Of a DNA stretch of 64,000 bases, positions 1-14,235 are shown piece by piece. The notes under the pieces were generated by a model. That model saw nothing but the letters and a program-made list of their open reading frames with translations, did no database searches and was not told where the DNA came from. Position numbers and translations under genes: made by a program. The DNA is from Eledone cirrhosa (taxonomy: Eukaryota). Each line of letters begins with the position of its first letter. Position 1 is the stretch's first letter. The stretch is taken from the NCBI GenBank assembly GCA_964016885.1, contig OZ024742.1, positions 256,866,001-256,930,000 of the forward strand, in the 5' to 3' direction.

Positions 1-985
1 CCTCAGTGACCACCTGAAAAGCGAGATCCCATCGTTAGGTGTGGACTATACCGCGACGATGCGTTGTTTACGCTACTCGACCACAGCAACAGCATGATAA
101 ATAGGACTAGAAATAACTTGATTACATTTTTCAAAAATATAGACCTCAGGATAGACAGAAAATAATAGAAAGGTAGTCAACTTCCTAGATGTTACACTCA
201 ATCTAGAGTCTGGCCCCTACTACCCGTACCACAATCCGAACGAGTGCCTCAAGTACGTGAATGCCAACTCCAATCATACCGGGTAAGTCAGGAGGGCCAT
301 TATTAATAGTGTATCCCGTAGGATTTCTTCTCTGTCAGCTAGCCAGGAAACCTTCCATAGCGTAGCTAGCTACTATAATGCTGCCCTTAGTAATGCTGGT
401 ACGAAGAATGAATTAAGTTTATACCTAGTCTAATGAATTACGGTAACGCTGACGGTCACACTTCAGTGGGAATGAACGACAGGATCAACACGACTAGGAC
501 TTCATTACTCGTCCCTGATACAACTCCACTGAGTAATCATGGATGAACTGCTAACCATGGCTTATCATGAAGTGACCGGACCTCGCCTATTTTGGAAAGC
601 AGTGAAGCCGACACAGTGGAGCCGTGGGGGACATATGTGGGACCGGGAGTGAGCGTAGAATGTACTAACGCCTCCCTCGCTATGAGTGGTGACCACTCAG
701 CTCGGGGTGCTCCGACCGGCGTAACCAGTCCAACAGGCAGCGACGAATTGGGGGTCATGGCTATTCCAGACGTCCACAGCGTATATATAACGCATGATCT
801 GACGGGACGGGTGCAGGTACTGTTGACTACAACAAGAAGCGAACCCGTTCCCGTAATGTCATTTGGTTTACGCACCCCCCTTTACGCCGGTTTACGCAAC
901 AACATAGCGGCCTCTTTCTTCAGGGCTTTGGATAAGCACTTACATAAGAAAAAAACCGGTACCACGCCATCTTCAATAGACTAAA
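1..985 (+). mobile_element. Decayed Naiad-type Penelope-like element (RT core, thumb, linker), cut by the window start
   Basis: Manual translation gives GLYRDDALFTLLD...RKVVNFLDVTLNLESGPYYPYHNPNECLKYVNANSNH and later ...NNIAASFFRALDKH...HAIFNR. These are collinear with the 18463-20628 protein but broken by frameshifts and stops. Confidence 0.85.
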
Positions 986-1493
986 ATAGATTAAAAATCG
1001 TCCGCAACTCCAGGGGAAACAGCAACCGTGAGAAGACGCACTGAAAGCTTTGATCATTGCTGACCAATGATATAATATATATATATACTGATATAATAGC
1101 GAAGTGAGGTTTTGCTGTTCTGCCCCAGTAATCATAGCATCAATAATCTCTTTGCTTCTGGACTGGGCTATCGGACGCGAAATGTGTACGTAGTTCCAAT
1201 TAGAATCGAATATAATATTATTTATGATGGTTATGTTCTGAGTCTTATTACTGGCTTATAATTCATGAGTTTCACTTATATTATAATTGTATGATTAGAC
1301 ATGTGTTATGATTGGTGATGGTATAAGTAGACATGCAAACATCTAGAGTAAGTTAACTCAATTATAAACCAAAATAAATGATTTCAAATCCGACTTGATA
1401 TTGAATATTTATTCCTACGTCCAACAACATGCATGCATAAATAAATAAATAAATAGATAAATACAGACACACACATCACACATAGACACACGC

Positions 1494-1595
<102 letters not shown>

Positions 1596-1603
1596 GTGTG
1601 TGT

Positions 1604-1649
<46 letters not shown>

Positions 1650-3841
1650 CTGTGTGTGTGTGTGTACATACACAATGTCTTTTGTGTCAACGGCGGAAAA
1701 CTTTTAGAGTTGAAATTCAGAAATAATTTCCACATCCATTTATTCCTTGCACGAAATTTTTAATATATTTTTATATTTGAATGCTCAATCTTGCCTTTGT
1801 TGTTTGACTTCAAGTATTTCGTGATATTTTCTTCGTGATATGTCCGTGTTTTAATGTATTTTGCCATCAGTAATTACGAATTATTTAAAACCCGCAAGGA
1901 AAATATATGTTCACTGATTATTTCTTTACTATCCTATTCCTTTATATATATATGTGTATCTCTCTTACTTCAAATACATATGCATAGAACTGTTCCAAAT
2001 AACAACACAACATACACGCATATAAACATTCGGGAATATATATACATACATCTATGTATGTGTTTATTTATATATATATATAAATTTTTTTTTTTTTACA
2101 ATTTCCCCTTTTGTCTATATATCTATATCTATCTAATTATATATATATATATACGTGTGTATATATATATATACATATAGAATAGTATATATATGTGAGT
2201 TTGTGTGTGTATCTGTGTGTGTGTGTGTGTGTGCCTGTGCGTGTGTGTGTGTACGTGTGCGTGTGTGCGTGTGTGTGTGTTCGTGCATATTTGTTGTGTA
2301 ATATTAGAATATATTGATATTTACAAATAGTCGTTTTAAGTTTTTTCATATTTAAAATTGCATTAATAATTTCAATTATCTCATGAAAAACATATGTGAA
2401 GGTAATAAAAAAAATGTAATATCAATTACTGCATAGGTACATATGTCGAAAATATTTACAATCAGAAATATGAATTTTGTATAACCTGCAGCTCAAAATA
2501 TTTAAATATGTATGTCAATCATGTTAATGCTTCTGACCATTTACAAAGATTAGATAAAATCTGCAATAGAATCGTTCACCCACATCTGGAACGGAGCTGT
2601 TGCCATCTATATATGCTAGACGTTATTCATAAAATGGCAACTCGTCTGTTAGCCTTAATATCACTGACAGTCATGCTCTGGCCTCTGGCCGAAAGTCGTT
2701 TTCTATCCACTCGTTAAATTTTCTACCGTAATTTTCGCCTCTTCTTTTTAGACATGCTGATGTGGTGTCACCATTAAATTAAAATGCCTTGGCCATATAC
2801 CAAAGTCTTGTAAGAAGCCCTAACAGTTGGTTAGAACTGTAAACAAAAAGAAGCTATTAAGAAAATTTGAACGTAAAGAAAAAAGTAAGCTACTTGGCAA
2901 ATATGAAAATGCGAACATCTGCCTACACATTTGAAAACCTACCACAATCTATGGTATGATAATATATTCGGATATGTGGGGTAACTGATCCTTATTTACT
3001 TTCTGGATTTGGTCTTATAAATATCAGCTGATATCTGTATATACTTTCCAAGCAAGGATTTTTAACTTAAATTCATTAATTAAATTTTGTAATTATTTCC
3101 ACAAACATGAAATCGTTCTTACAAAAATAATACATTCTTCAATATCAAGCGGTAGAATGTAATGTTTTTGGACATTAACGTATCAGCTGAATATCCTTAT
3201 ATGTCCTATGAAGTTTTCTTTTACATCAAATGAGCTGTATGACAATACATAGAGTAATTGTTTCAACAAACATAATTTCGTATACACACAAAGAAAAAAA
3301 ATATCGTTTTCAAGTAGGATGTGATATGATTCTTTGTTATGTTTTAGTTTCATAAATACTAGTTTATACCCGTATAGAACCATCTAATGTTTTTTACATG
3401 AAATGTATATGTGCATCATTTACCGTACGTTTTTAAATGATTACCATTCAATTTATTTCTCCTATAATGTTATAGTCTATTGATGTAGATATTCACATGA
3501 AATCAGATTCTAGCCTGTGATATAATGCATTTAAAAATGATATATATCAGATCTGTCTCTAGATAATCTACTATGTAAGATCAAAGATTGTTGGATAGAT
3601 GCACACATATATACACAATCACATACGCAGAAAATTAATAATATCATATATATGTATAGGATTATTTCAAAGAAGTTACTAATTTCCTCAGGGAAGCTCT
3701 TATTCCACAGCTACTCATTAGTTATTCTAATAAAAGCGGTCAAACTTATGAAATATATCAGTGCATTATCTTCAAAGTATAAACTCTTCAAAACATTTGG
3801 GATTATACAACAGGTTGTGTCATATCTTATATTATCATGCT

Positions 3842-4046
<205 letters not shown>

Positions 4047-4313
4047 ATATATATATATTTATACAGACAGAGAGTGAGGGGACGTTAGAAATGAATCGAT
4101 GACCAGACAGATAGATTGATAGAACTTTAGTTACAAACAATTTTGGATGAGGATATAAAATTATTATCTTACACAATAAGAACAAACATTTATGTACGTC
4201 TATGTATTATATGTATAGTCGTGACTGTGTCGTCAACTATATTTGTCAGGTTTCATTTGCACCACACTGTGATTTAGTGTATTCTGATGCAGAATGTTCA
4301 TGAACCTGTGGTG

Positions 4314-4364
<51 letters not shown>

Positions 4365-4368
<4 letters not shown>

Positions 4369-4718
4369 CAAAGGAGTTGTGGTAAGGAGCCAGATGGACC
4401 ATAACGTACCAGAGTACTCAATACTTAGGGTAGGAGAGTGGGAAATATGAAAAAGTATGACCCTGACGGCAGACTTCAAGCCGTTTCGACGCCTATTCCT
4501 GGACTACGATGTTGTGTTTTCGCATCGTATCGTGGGGGTGAAGAAACTTGAGCTGGGTGGAAAAGTCGGGATATGGCGTGGTAGAGTCGGAAAATGCTCT
4601 ACTACAGAGATAGGAGCTAAATAACAAAGGAATTGTGGTAAGTAACCCGATGGACCATACCGAGTCCAGAAAAAAGCCGTCGAAACGGGTTGAGATCTGC
4701 CGTCGAGTCATACTTTTT

Positions 4719-4720
<2 letters not shown>
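4365..4720. repeat. Small fold-back repeat between (TA)n tracts
   Basis: Inverted arms at about 4450-4491 and 4678-4718 (AAAAAGTATGAC...GTTTCGACG / CGTCGAAAC...GTCATACTTTTT). Direct repeat ATAACAAAGGA..TGTGGTAAG..GATGGACCATA at 4365 and 4621. Confidence 0.7.
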
Positions 4721-4759
<39 letters not shown>

Positions 4760-5369
4760 GGGAACACAAAGCAGGCTATGTTTAGAAAAAGCTAGCGAAT
4801 TTACAAATTAAGGTGTAACATGTGCTTACGCTGTATTTGACTGAATAGAATTAGTCTGTTAGTTCGGATTTTAGAAAACCCTCTGAATGTAAAAAAAGGA
4901 TGAGATAATTGACGTACAGGAGATACGGACCAATATATTTGGTTTGCCGGATCAATGTTTTGCTATTACACAAAAATGCCACCCATTATAATTGTGAAAA
5001 TATATATGTGTATATATATATACATGTGTATATATATATACACATATATGTGCGTACCTCTCATTATTGTCTCAAACTTCCACACGGTCGAGTAGCCAGG
5101 GAAGTATAGTAACTGCTTTTAAGCAAACACTATAACCACTATAACCACTTTCAGTCAACCTTGCCACCCCCTGTAACCTCGGTATCATGTATTAATTTCT
5201 CCCTCCGCCTTCTGAGATATTTTCCACTGCTACAAGGGATTTAGTCCCCTTTTTTGACCAGTGTATCACGAGATAATCTCTCCCTCCACCTTTTTGAAAT
5301 TTTCTCGCTTGCTACGAACGTGTCTGTAAATCGCTCTTCCCCTGAGGAGTTCCCTTGAGAAGATGGTTG

Positions 5370-6720
5370 GCCTCACAACAATGGTACACATCTATAATGT
5401 AAAATTGTTGCACACTGACCAGCGAAACTGTACAGTCGGGACATTTAGGAAAAAAAAGTATAAATATGTGTATATCATCCACATATCTAGTGAAGAAAGC
5501 GAAGTTCTCACAGGATCTTAGTACTTGGCGGTATAGTTTGTGAATGTACGAAATAGCCAATAAACAGGAGATGCTAGATCCCATGGATAATCAAGATGAC
5601 TGTCGAGAAATTTTTACCAGGAAGTTGAAAAGGCGTTGTTGACAATGATGAATACGTGTTGGTGATGTCGTTGGCGGTGAACCTACACATTCAGTGAGCA
5701 TTTCCACAGCCGGGTTGCAGGTACCGATGTGTAGATGGACATTACAACTAGGCTGAAGGCGTACCTGCTGGATTTGAGATGGTCAAGTTCAAGTTGGTTG
5801 AGTCGCTGGATGACATTATCCGATCTGTAGACGTGGCCTGGGAAGGCTGTCAACAGGAGCTTTAAAATATTGGACAGAAGCCAAGCGAGTTTATAAGATG
5901 GTCCTTCAACACTGGAGACAATGGGTCTAATTTTCAGGTCTTTCTGGGTTTTGATCAGGTGGTAGAATTTCGGCAGCTTACTATTTCTCGTTATGTAATT
6001 CTACTGGAATCTCTTCGGGAGCATTGGCCGGTCACAGATGTTGGTCCAGGCGGTCTTGATCCGTTTCTCTATCAGCGCGGGTGAAATTCCAGTGACTTGC
6101 GAATAGAGACTGTCGTCGTTGAGATGTTGGTGGGCTAGGTTGCTCTAGGCCTCTCTGTTAATAACACAAAACTCTTTTCCCTTGTCCGATGTGAGGTATA
6201 CGAGGTTCTTAGATCTGAGTTTGCTTAGGGTAGCGAGTTGTTATCTCAAGAGGGTCTGGTGAGTATGTGTGTGTTTATGTAGGATGTTAGAAATGATACG
6301 TTTAACTGCAAGTGTTTTATCTCGGAGTGGCGGTTAACGGATCGAGCGTGTAATAAGATGTCACGATAGTAATAGGTGAATGTTGAGTTCAGTGTGGAGG
6401 TCTCTGAAGTGTCGATGAAAGACAACCACTAGATGGATCTGTAGAAATTGGCCTTAATGTCCGGTTTGAACCTATCATCGAGTCGTTGAGTCAGGATGAA
6501 CTTGGGACCGAGACCGATGAGTTGCATTTCATAGTTGTAAATATACTCGGTTAGATCTGTGATGAGGTGTAGGTTGTCACCCCTCTGCTGGTTAAGGGTG
6601 GTGGTGCTCATAGTGTCGGAGGGTTTAGTGTTGTTGTCTTTGTGCCGTCCAACAGGTTGGACCTCGACTCCATTAGGATTAGAGGTGGTATAGTAGGGTG
6701 GATTTTGTGATCCCATTTAA
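5370..6720 (-). mobile_element. Decayed Penelope/Poseidon-type PLE, N-terminal region and RT
   Basis: Minus-strand motifs GLGPKF, SDKG, KLPKFYHLIKT..LKIRPIVS, MGSSIS and TRYVDDI, interrupted by stops and frameshifts. Confidence 0.85.
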
Positions 6721-6842
6721 TGCTATTCCTAGAATTAGTCTCAGTTTTAAGGGTCCAGTCGAATTGATGTTTGAGACGTTTATTCTCAAATTGGATCCGG
6801 AAATGGTTGCACTCGTCGATAGCATTACAAATCTGCCCTACC

Positions 6843-7395
6843 CAAACTCGACATTAAGGCCAATTTCTACAGAGTCATCTAGTGGTTGTCTTTTATCGAC
6901 ACTTCCGAGACCTCCACACTAAACTCAAAATTCACCTATTACTATCACGACATCTTATTGCACCCTCCATCCGTTAAAAGAGGGTACTTCTTCAATGAAA
7001 TGGGTCGCATACGCAACCGGTGCAGTGACACTGCTTATAAAGCCGCCCATATCAGACGATTTCACACGGTGTTAGAGATTAATGGCTACCCAGCTTCTTT
7101 CTCCACACCTGAGGAAAAACCCGCAGCCCCGTAGACCGGACCAATACACACAACAGATGTTTCTTCAAGATCCCACATCTTAGCGACGAAACAGCCAGCG
7201 CCATACGAAAAGCCATCAGGAGAGTGGGCCTCAATATCGAACTAGCTCACTCTAGACCTTCCCTTTTTATCGTATATATATATATATATACAATATATCC
7301 AGTTCTGCGTTTACAGATTGACTTTGTTAGTTACAGAAGATCCCCTTAAGGGTGAAAGCAGCGATTCTTTGCTTAAACTTTAATCTGTTATTTTA

Positions 7396-7466
<71 letters not shown>

Positions 7467-7513
7467 GGTATGGATATTCCAACAAGATTGTTTGATAATT
7501 GCTTGCTCCGCTC

Positions 7514-7564
<51 letters not shown>

Positions 7565-8345
7565 CACACACACGCCTTTCACTACATAAAAGTCATCAAA
7601 TATGGAAACTGGGACAACAACATTACCAGCACAGTCTTAGCTACTGAACGCCATATAGACACGCTGAGAATTAAAGAAGCCCTCTTGATCACGCAATTAT
7701 AACATAAGATCAATAATCGAATGGAAAAAAGTGCACCTGAATGGCTAATTTAAATTAACGAACACAGTTACGTCATCATTTCAACATCCCAGTTCCATGC
7801 TATAGGGAACGTTTCATTCTTACGCTCAAGTTAAATCTACGTCCTCACTAAGCATACACACTTAGACTCTCACACACACATACATATATCACACACATAT
7901 TTTTACCTTTTTATCATATACATATTCGCACACAGCTTTCACTACATAAACTTACAATCAATCACACACATACATCACTCGTATTAAATCTAGGTCATCG
8001 ACACGTACATATATGTATCATACACATATTTTCTTCCCTTATATAATACACATATTCGTACGTGCCTTTCGCTACGTAAACATACACTCACACACACACA
8101 CATACATACATCTAACACTAAGGAAGCTTACATTTATACAATTTTAACGTCCATTGATTACATCTAAATTATATCTGTCTTAACAACTCATCTGCGATCG
8201 AGCGTTTAAGACCTTCACATAGATACTCCCTTGATAATGCGTTTTTAAACCCGAAAATATTTAGGATGATTAAATTTTCTTAGGTAAGATTCTAACGTCT
8301 TCTTCACACCTTGAATTTTGTTATGCAGTGTATGTCTTTTAAAAC
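6843..8345 (+). mobile_element. Second, oppositely oriented and internally deleted arm of the same PLE family (thumb, EN C-terminus, 3' UTR)
   Basis: 6843-6960 is the reverse complement of about 6352-6468. It is followed by HPPSVKRGYFFNEMGRIRNRCS...NGYP and, after a (TA)n-bounded insert, by TLRIKEALLI (GIY-YIG C-terminus). Confidence 0.75.
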
Positions 8346-8356
8346 AAATTAAATTC

Positions 8357-8414
<58 letters not shown>

Positions 8415-8557
8415 ATATATGTATAAATAAACACAGTAAATTTCGTGTCTATAATTACGAGGGTAGAGAATACCACAAAAGTTTTAACTATTTAATCTTA
8501 AACATACAGGTTGTTTAATTGCAGGGTATCAATATGTGTTAATAACATTTTATACGT

Positions 8558-8603
<46 letters not shown>

Positions 8604-9395
8604 TCTAGCATTAACTAAACTAATCTAAACCATAGAAACAGCAATGCTCCAAAAGCTGGAACAACCATTAGAACCCAATCTACGAGATGTCCACTCAGTG
8701 AAAAACACCCTAATCAACATATGGACTTAAAAGCTCAAAGCTTTTCTTTCGCCGTGAATTCACGAAAAAATTAAAATGGAAATAGAACTGTTGCGATTAA
8801 GAGCCAACTCCAACGAAGAAAAATTCAAGTCACTCGACCAACAGATGGACCTAGAAATATCAAAGCACTCTGAAGGCCTACTCTACGAAAAAACCTTAAA
8901 ACTTTGTAAAGAAAACTGTGAGGATGAAGAACTAGCATCCCTCCAGCGATGGGAAAAAAACGCCACCTGGTTCAACAACTACGAAATCGACTTCAAAAAT
9001 AAACAACATACAGGTAACCCATTTTGAAAACAAACTAAAACTCACACACCACATGCACAAGAAATAAAAAAAAAAGTAACAAAACGTCCAACATACCCCC
9101 AGCAAATCTATAACGATAATCCCAGAGACCATAGACAAAACTATAACCCTACTAACAAAAACCGAAGATCCACGAACACAAGGCAGGACCCGATCCGCAG
9201 ATCACAACCCACCCAAAACCTATTCCCAAACCGTAGACTCCTGCCCACACAGAGCCTGTTCCCAAACCGTAGATCCCAACCCACACAAATGACAAAATCT
9301 ACAACCCGGACTATCAACAAACCGAACCTCAATACGCCTGAAACTTTTATACAAGACCACACAACAACATGGGAAATACCATTAGATATAATAAT

Positions 9396-9576
9396 TGTTT
9401 CTACTTTAGGCACAAGGCCAGCAATTACCCAGTGCATTACTGGTACTTTATGTTATCGACCCCGTAAGGATGTAAAGCAAAGTCAACCTCGGCGGGATTT
9501 GAACTCAGATCGTAAAGGGCCGTAACTATGTTGGAAAGCATGGCGTCCGACCCTCTACCGATATTGCCAAATCACC
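9396..9576 (-). mobile_element. tRNA-derived SINE (Meta-domain-like core) with 18-bp TSD
   Basis: Direct repeat ACCATTAGATATAATAAT at 9378-9395 and 9577-9594. The minus strand has the B-box GAGTTCAAATCC and the core CATCCTTACGGGGTCGATAACATAAAGTACCAG. Homologous to 44369-44548. Confidence 0.85.
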
Positions 9577-9660
9577 ACCATTAGATATAATAATACCATT
9601 AAAAAAACATTCCAGAAAAAATCATTTTTTAGACCAAGGCTACACGACCCACGACACCCG

Positions 9661-12446
9661 GTGGGACAAACCGATTTTGAAAAACCGAAAATAATCAATC
9701 TTTCAAGTACAAACCTCTCAGCCCAACAAGTAAAAATTCTCTCCAAAGGACTGAAATTCACACCAAAACCACAACACTCTAACCCCAATGAGATAAATGA
9801 CGATATCTCACACTTCTGTAGAAAATTACGTCTCACCGAGGAATTCTTTGACAAGGAGAATAACGACGAATCAATTGTACGGAATAAAAGCAGCTACAAC
9901 CCAACAAAAGGTAGAAACAAAGTTCTGGACAAATTCTGTGACCACATAGCTACTTTCCCATACCATGAACTAGCGCAACCTAAACCCAAACCCAAACCCA
10001 ACACGAGTCGAAGGGAATGGGAGATTATCCCTGAACTAAAAAACAATACGGACATTATAATTAAGGAAGCGGACAAGGGAAGTACTGTTGTCATTATGGA
10101 GCCTGAAAAATATAAAAATTCTATGTTCTCTCTCTTACAAAATACTAATTACTATGAAAGAGTAAAAAACTACCAGCAATCAAAAACAATGACCAGAATA
10201 AACATACTGATTTATCGATACCAGGAAGACCTAACTAAAAAGGAACGCGATTATTTAACACATTTTGAATACAAAACCAACAACCTTTACGGACTTCCGA
10301 AGATCCACAAGTGTAAAATAATTAACGATGCCTGTAAACAATCCACCTCAGCCTGCGTGAACACACAATACCCCACAGACCTTAAATTAAGACCAATTGT
10401 AGCGGGCCCACAATGTGAAACACACAGACTGAGCAACTTTATAGACATACTACTAAAACCAATTCTCAAACACATACCAAGCCTTGTAAGAGACGATCTG
10501 GACCTCTTAAAACACCTCCCCAAACATTTCAACAATGACACTATTATTGTGTATTTCGATGTAGTGAATCTCTACACAACGATCCCACACCAATACGGAC
10601 TAGAAGCAATAGGATTCTGGCTAGACAAATATCCCAATGAGATACCTGACAGAATAGAAAAAAAGCTTCATCATCGAGGGATTAAAATTCATCTTACAGA
10701 ACAACTTTTTTGATTTCGATGGCAGTACGTACAAGCAAATATCGGGGACTGTGATGGGTACAAAAGTAGCTCCAACTTATGCCAACATAGTCATGGCATA
10801 CTTAGAAGTCCAGATATATGAACAGTCCAAATCAAAATACGGATTGAACTTCCACACATATTTATCAGAGAATTGGAAACGCTACTTTGATGATTATCTC
10901 ATTCTTTGGGCCCACACACTCGACCAACTGAAGGATTGCAAAAACTTAATAAACGGTGTCAATAACCACATCCAATTCACAATGGAATACAGCCAAGATC
11001 AACTCCCATTTCTGGACATCTTAATCTTAAAAAAGACAAAAATATTGAAACTGACATACACTACAAACCAACAGATTCCAAACAATACTTGTTTAGCAGA
11101 GAAGAAGTATTTTGAAAGTTATAATGTTGCCACGAGACACCTCCAGTTTTGTAGAAAGATATGATAGGAATATCGACAGCGACTTTAGCTTGTTTTTACA
11201 TTATTTATTAACAAAGGTTGAGCTGGCATGCCAAGAGAATTAAAACAAACGAATTAAGATTTCAGAAAGACACGGGCTACTGGCTGTTTAAGTGTTGCCA
11301 GGCCGTGGTTAAATTGTTGTGTTACATATTGGCTAGTGAATTCACGGCGAAAGAAAATATATATATTCCTTAGCGCGGTCGAACTGCAAGAGAGAGATTC
11401 CTCAAATCTTCGCGGGCTATTTCTCCCTCAGGACGCGTAGGGATACATCCTCTTCTCCTGGCGCTGATTGGCTGAGCTGAGCCAAATCACGCACAGAGAA
11501 TATATGTGAGCCCGCGGATTGTAGGTCACTACACCTGCTATTCACCTCCAACCATCCAAATCACACGAAGACGAACATTCCTTTTAACCTAGCAAGAATA
11601 ATTTGCACAATTGTCTCCAATTATGAAACGCGAAATGAAAGACTTCAGGAATTAAAGCAAATTCTACTCGAAAGACAGTACTCACCATTACTAATAAATA
11701 ATGGAATAGAAAGGGTTAAAGCAATAGGCATTGATGAATTATGAAAACAGAAACAAATTCAAGGTACGTCCAATATTCTATCATATATCTCAACACACAA
11801 CACAATAAATGCGGAAGCTTACAACACTATTCACAAGAACATCCCACTACTAAAACAAAACCCAAGATTGAAAAAAGCCCTTGAAACACACAAAATAATC
11901 AAAAGCAAAAGACAAGCGAAATCACTGAAAACATTACACACCAATGCCAAATTACCTACCACAAACCCACAACCAAGTGTCAAAAAATGTGGTCGCTCTA
12001 ATTGTGGAACCTGCACTCACCTCATTGAAGGCAACACGTATACATTTAAATCAGGACAAAATGGTACTGTACAAAATCCCTTCACTTGCTCATCAAAAAA
12101 TCTGCTTTATGCCATTAAATGTAAAGGATGCAATGAAGATTATATAGGACAAACTAAACTCACACCCAGAAACAGAATGACAGTTCATCGCCAACAAATA
12201 CGAGATCCAACTACGAGACAGATACCACTAAGCGCACATCTAGACATATGCGCAAGTAATAAGACACCCAAATTCCAAGTCTTCCCATTTTACCTTTGCG
12301 CTAACAATACAACAGAACAAATACGAATAAATAAGGAAAATATGTTTGTTCAAAAATATAGACCAGCATTAAATATGGTTTCATATACATTATGTCAACA
12401 CCATAACATGCTAACCATCCAAACAGACACATACACACACACATAA
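9661..12446 (+). pseudogene. PLE reverse transcriptase and GIY-YIG endonuclease (Neptune-type), disrupted
   Basis: Collinear RT and EN motifs across three ORF-track frames, with a frameshift near 10660, an insertion at 11090-11533 and a stop near 11742. Confidence 0.88.
11090..11533 (-). mobile_element. Probable solo LTR inserted in the Neptune RT thumb
   Basis: A 444-bp insert splits the codons PTDSKQY|LLFTSNHP. The minus strand starts TGTAGTG and ends CTAAACA (TG...CA), with CCAAT, TATA-like and AATAAA in the expected order. No clean TSD seen. Confidence 0.6.
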
Positions 12447-13528
12447 CACCTTCTACTTTAGAAAATAAAAACGCGAACTAAATAAACCTTAGCATACGTT
12501 TGCACTGACAATACAACAGGAAAAATACGAATAAGTAAGGAAAATATGTTCATTCAAAAATATTCCTACTAAAGGAATCATTTTCCTACACACACACACA
12601 ATATATATATATTCTCTTCATCTTAACATGCTAGCCATACTCCCAACACATAACACCCATACACACACATAACAACCCCACCCCCACACACACAACTCCC
12701 TCCCCCATTTCTACTTATAGAATCACTTTCCTACACACATATATACACACACAAAATATATATATTCTCTCCATCTTAACATATTCCAACACACACACAC
12801 ATAACACCCATACACACACACAACTCCCTCCCCCATATCTACTAATAGAATCATCTTCCAATACACGCACACACACACGCACACACACACACACACACAC
12901 AAGCACACAAATAAACATACACATCTTTACTTTCTTTACTTCAATAGAAAATCTGAATTCTGACACCCCAGCGAACTAACCCTATTCACTGAACTAGAAC
13001 AATTCTCCGATCCAATTTCTCTTGACCATAATATCTTGCTTGTCAAAAAATTGTACAGAATAGATATCCAAATAAGGGCACGAAAATTTAATGAAAACTT
13101 GTTCACCTGACAGCCATAATTTCATTTATAACCAATCAAATTACGTTTATTAAAAAAAGCACTCGTGAGTCCTCTAATTTTAAAAGTAAAAAGAAATTCA
13201 AACACTCATATATGAAAAAAACAATCTGTGACACCCCCTCCTCCTTGTTTGAAGAACTTTGTAACGCGAACTGGCGCGAAATTTATTATAATTATTGACC
13301 AACAAATCAAATTACTTCTCGAAAAACCTGGCATTTCGAGCCACTTTTCCCATATAAAACAAGTAACATTCAGAGACCAACCAGATATGAGAAAAACCAC
13401 AGACCCTCCATCTCAACTCTACTTTTGAAAAACAGAAGAACTGCGAAACCGGTAAAGGAACGAAATAAATATATATATATATATTTTTTAATAAGACTCC
13501 AGTTGCATTTTCGATTTCATCTTCTTTT

Positions 13529-13617
<89 letters not shown>

Positions 13618-13629
13618 CATATATGTATG

Positions 13630-14235
13630 TGTCAGGTCACCAGTTGATGCTACTGGTAACATGCATCCTAGTACAATCTGTCTCATGGTCGGGTCGTTGG
13701 CGACTAAACTGTCAACCCCACCAAGGTTTATTGGTGAAGCGGGTGACTTTGGAGATCCTGCAGGACTAAAAACAAAACCTGTCAAAGGGCAAAGGAGCTC
13801 TTAAGGGTCAATGGCCATCCAAAATCACCGGGAGAGATGACCCCTTAGCTTTTGTCAAGGCAGAATTCTAGGAGAAGGAAAACTCTAATATAACACCTGC
13901 AACCCTGATGGTATCCAATGATGTTGATTTGTCCTTCTTTTTGGTAATGTCATCTTGGTTAAGAGAGTGGGACTGGCTTTGTGTAGTGTCTTTGCTCACT
14001 ATAAAAGCTTCACAGCACAGGCATTGCTTTATATCTGGAGATCTCTCTGCACTTGTCGTCACATGGTGCCATGGGCCCAGCACTATGTGTCAATAATTGT
14101 CACAAGTGTAGTGTTTGTACCAGAGTTTTGAAGTCGCTGGCTGGACTAAAAAGCCACACTCGTTCAGCACATCGGTAGGAGTTCTCCTACATGGATATAA
14201 AGTAGTGGCCGTACTCGAAAACGAGTTGGCAGCCA

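Larger units (their letters stand above)
8620..13530 (+). mobile_element. Neptune-type PLE, near full length, frameshifted and interrupted by a SINE and an LTR-like insert
   Basis: ORFs 8776-9027, 9661-10713 (SKGLKFTP, EADKG, YGLPKIHK, RPIV, FDVVNLYT), 10751-11164 (MGTKVAP, RYFDD, LPFLD) and 11868-12446 (Cys linker CGRSNCGTC; GIY-YIG LLYAIKCKGCNEDYIGQT). Both ends abut (TA)n. Confidence 0.9.

Noticed and set aside
8215-8270. Hammerheads at the 3' ends of the 6843 and 8620 PLEs (TTGATAA..GAAA here; TTGAAGA..GAAA near 13250-13280)
   Set aside because: The position fits, but the cores and stems are too degenerate to call.
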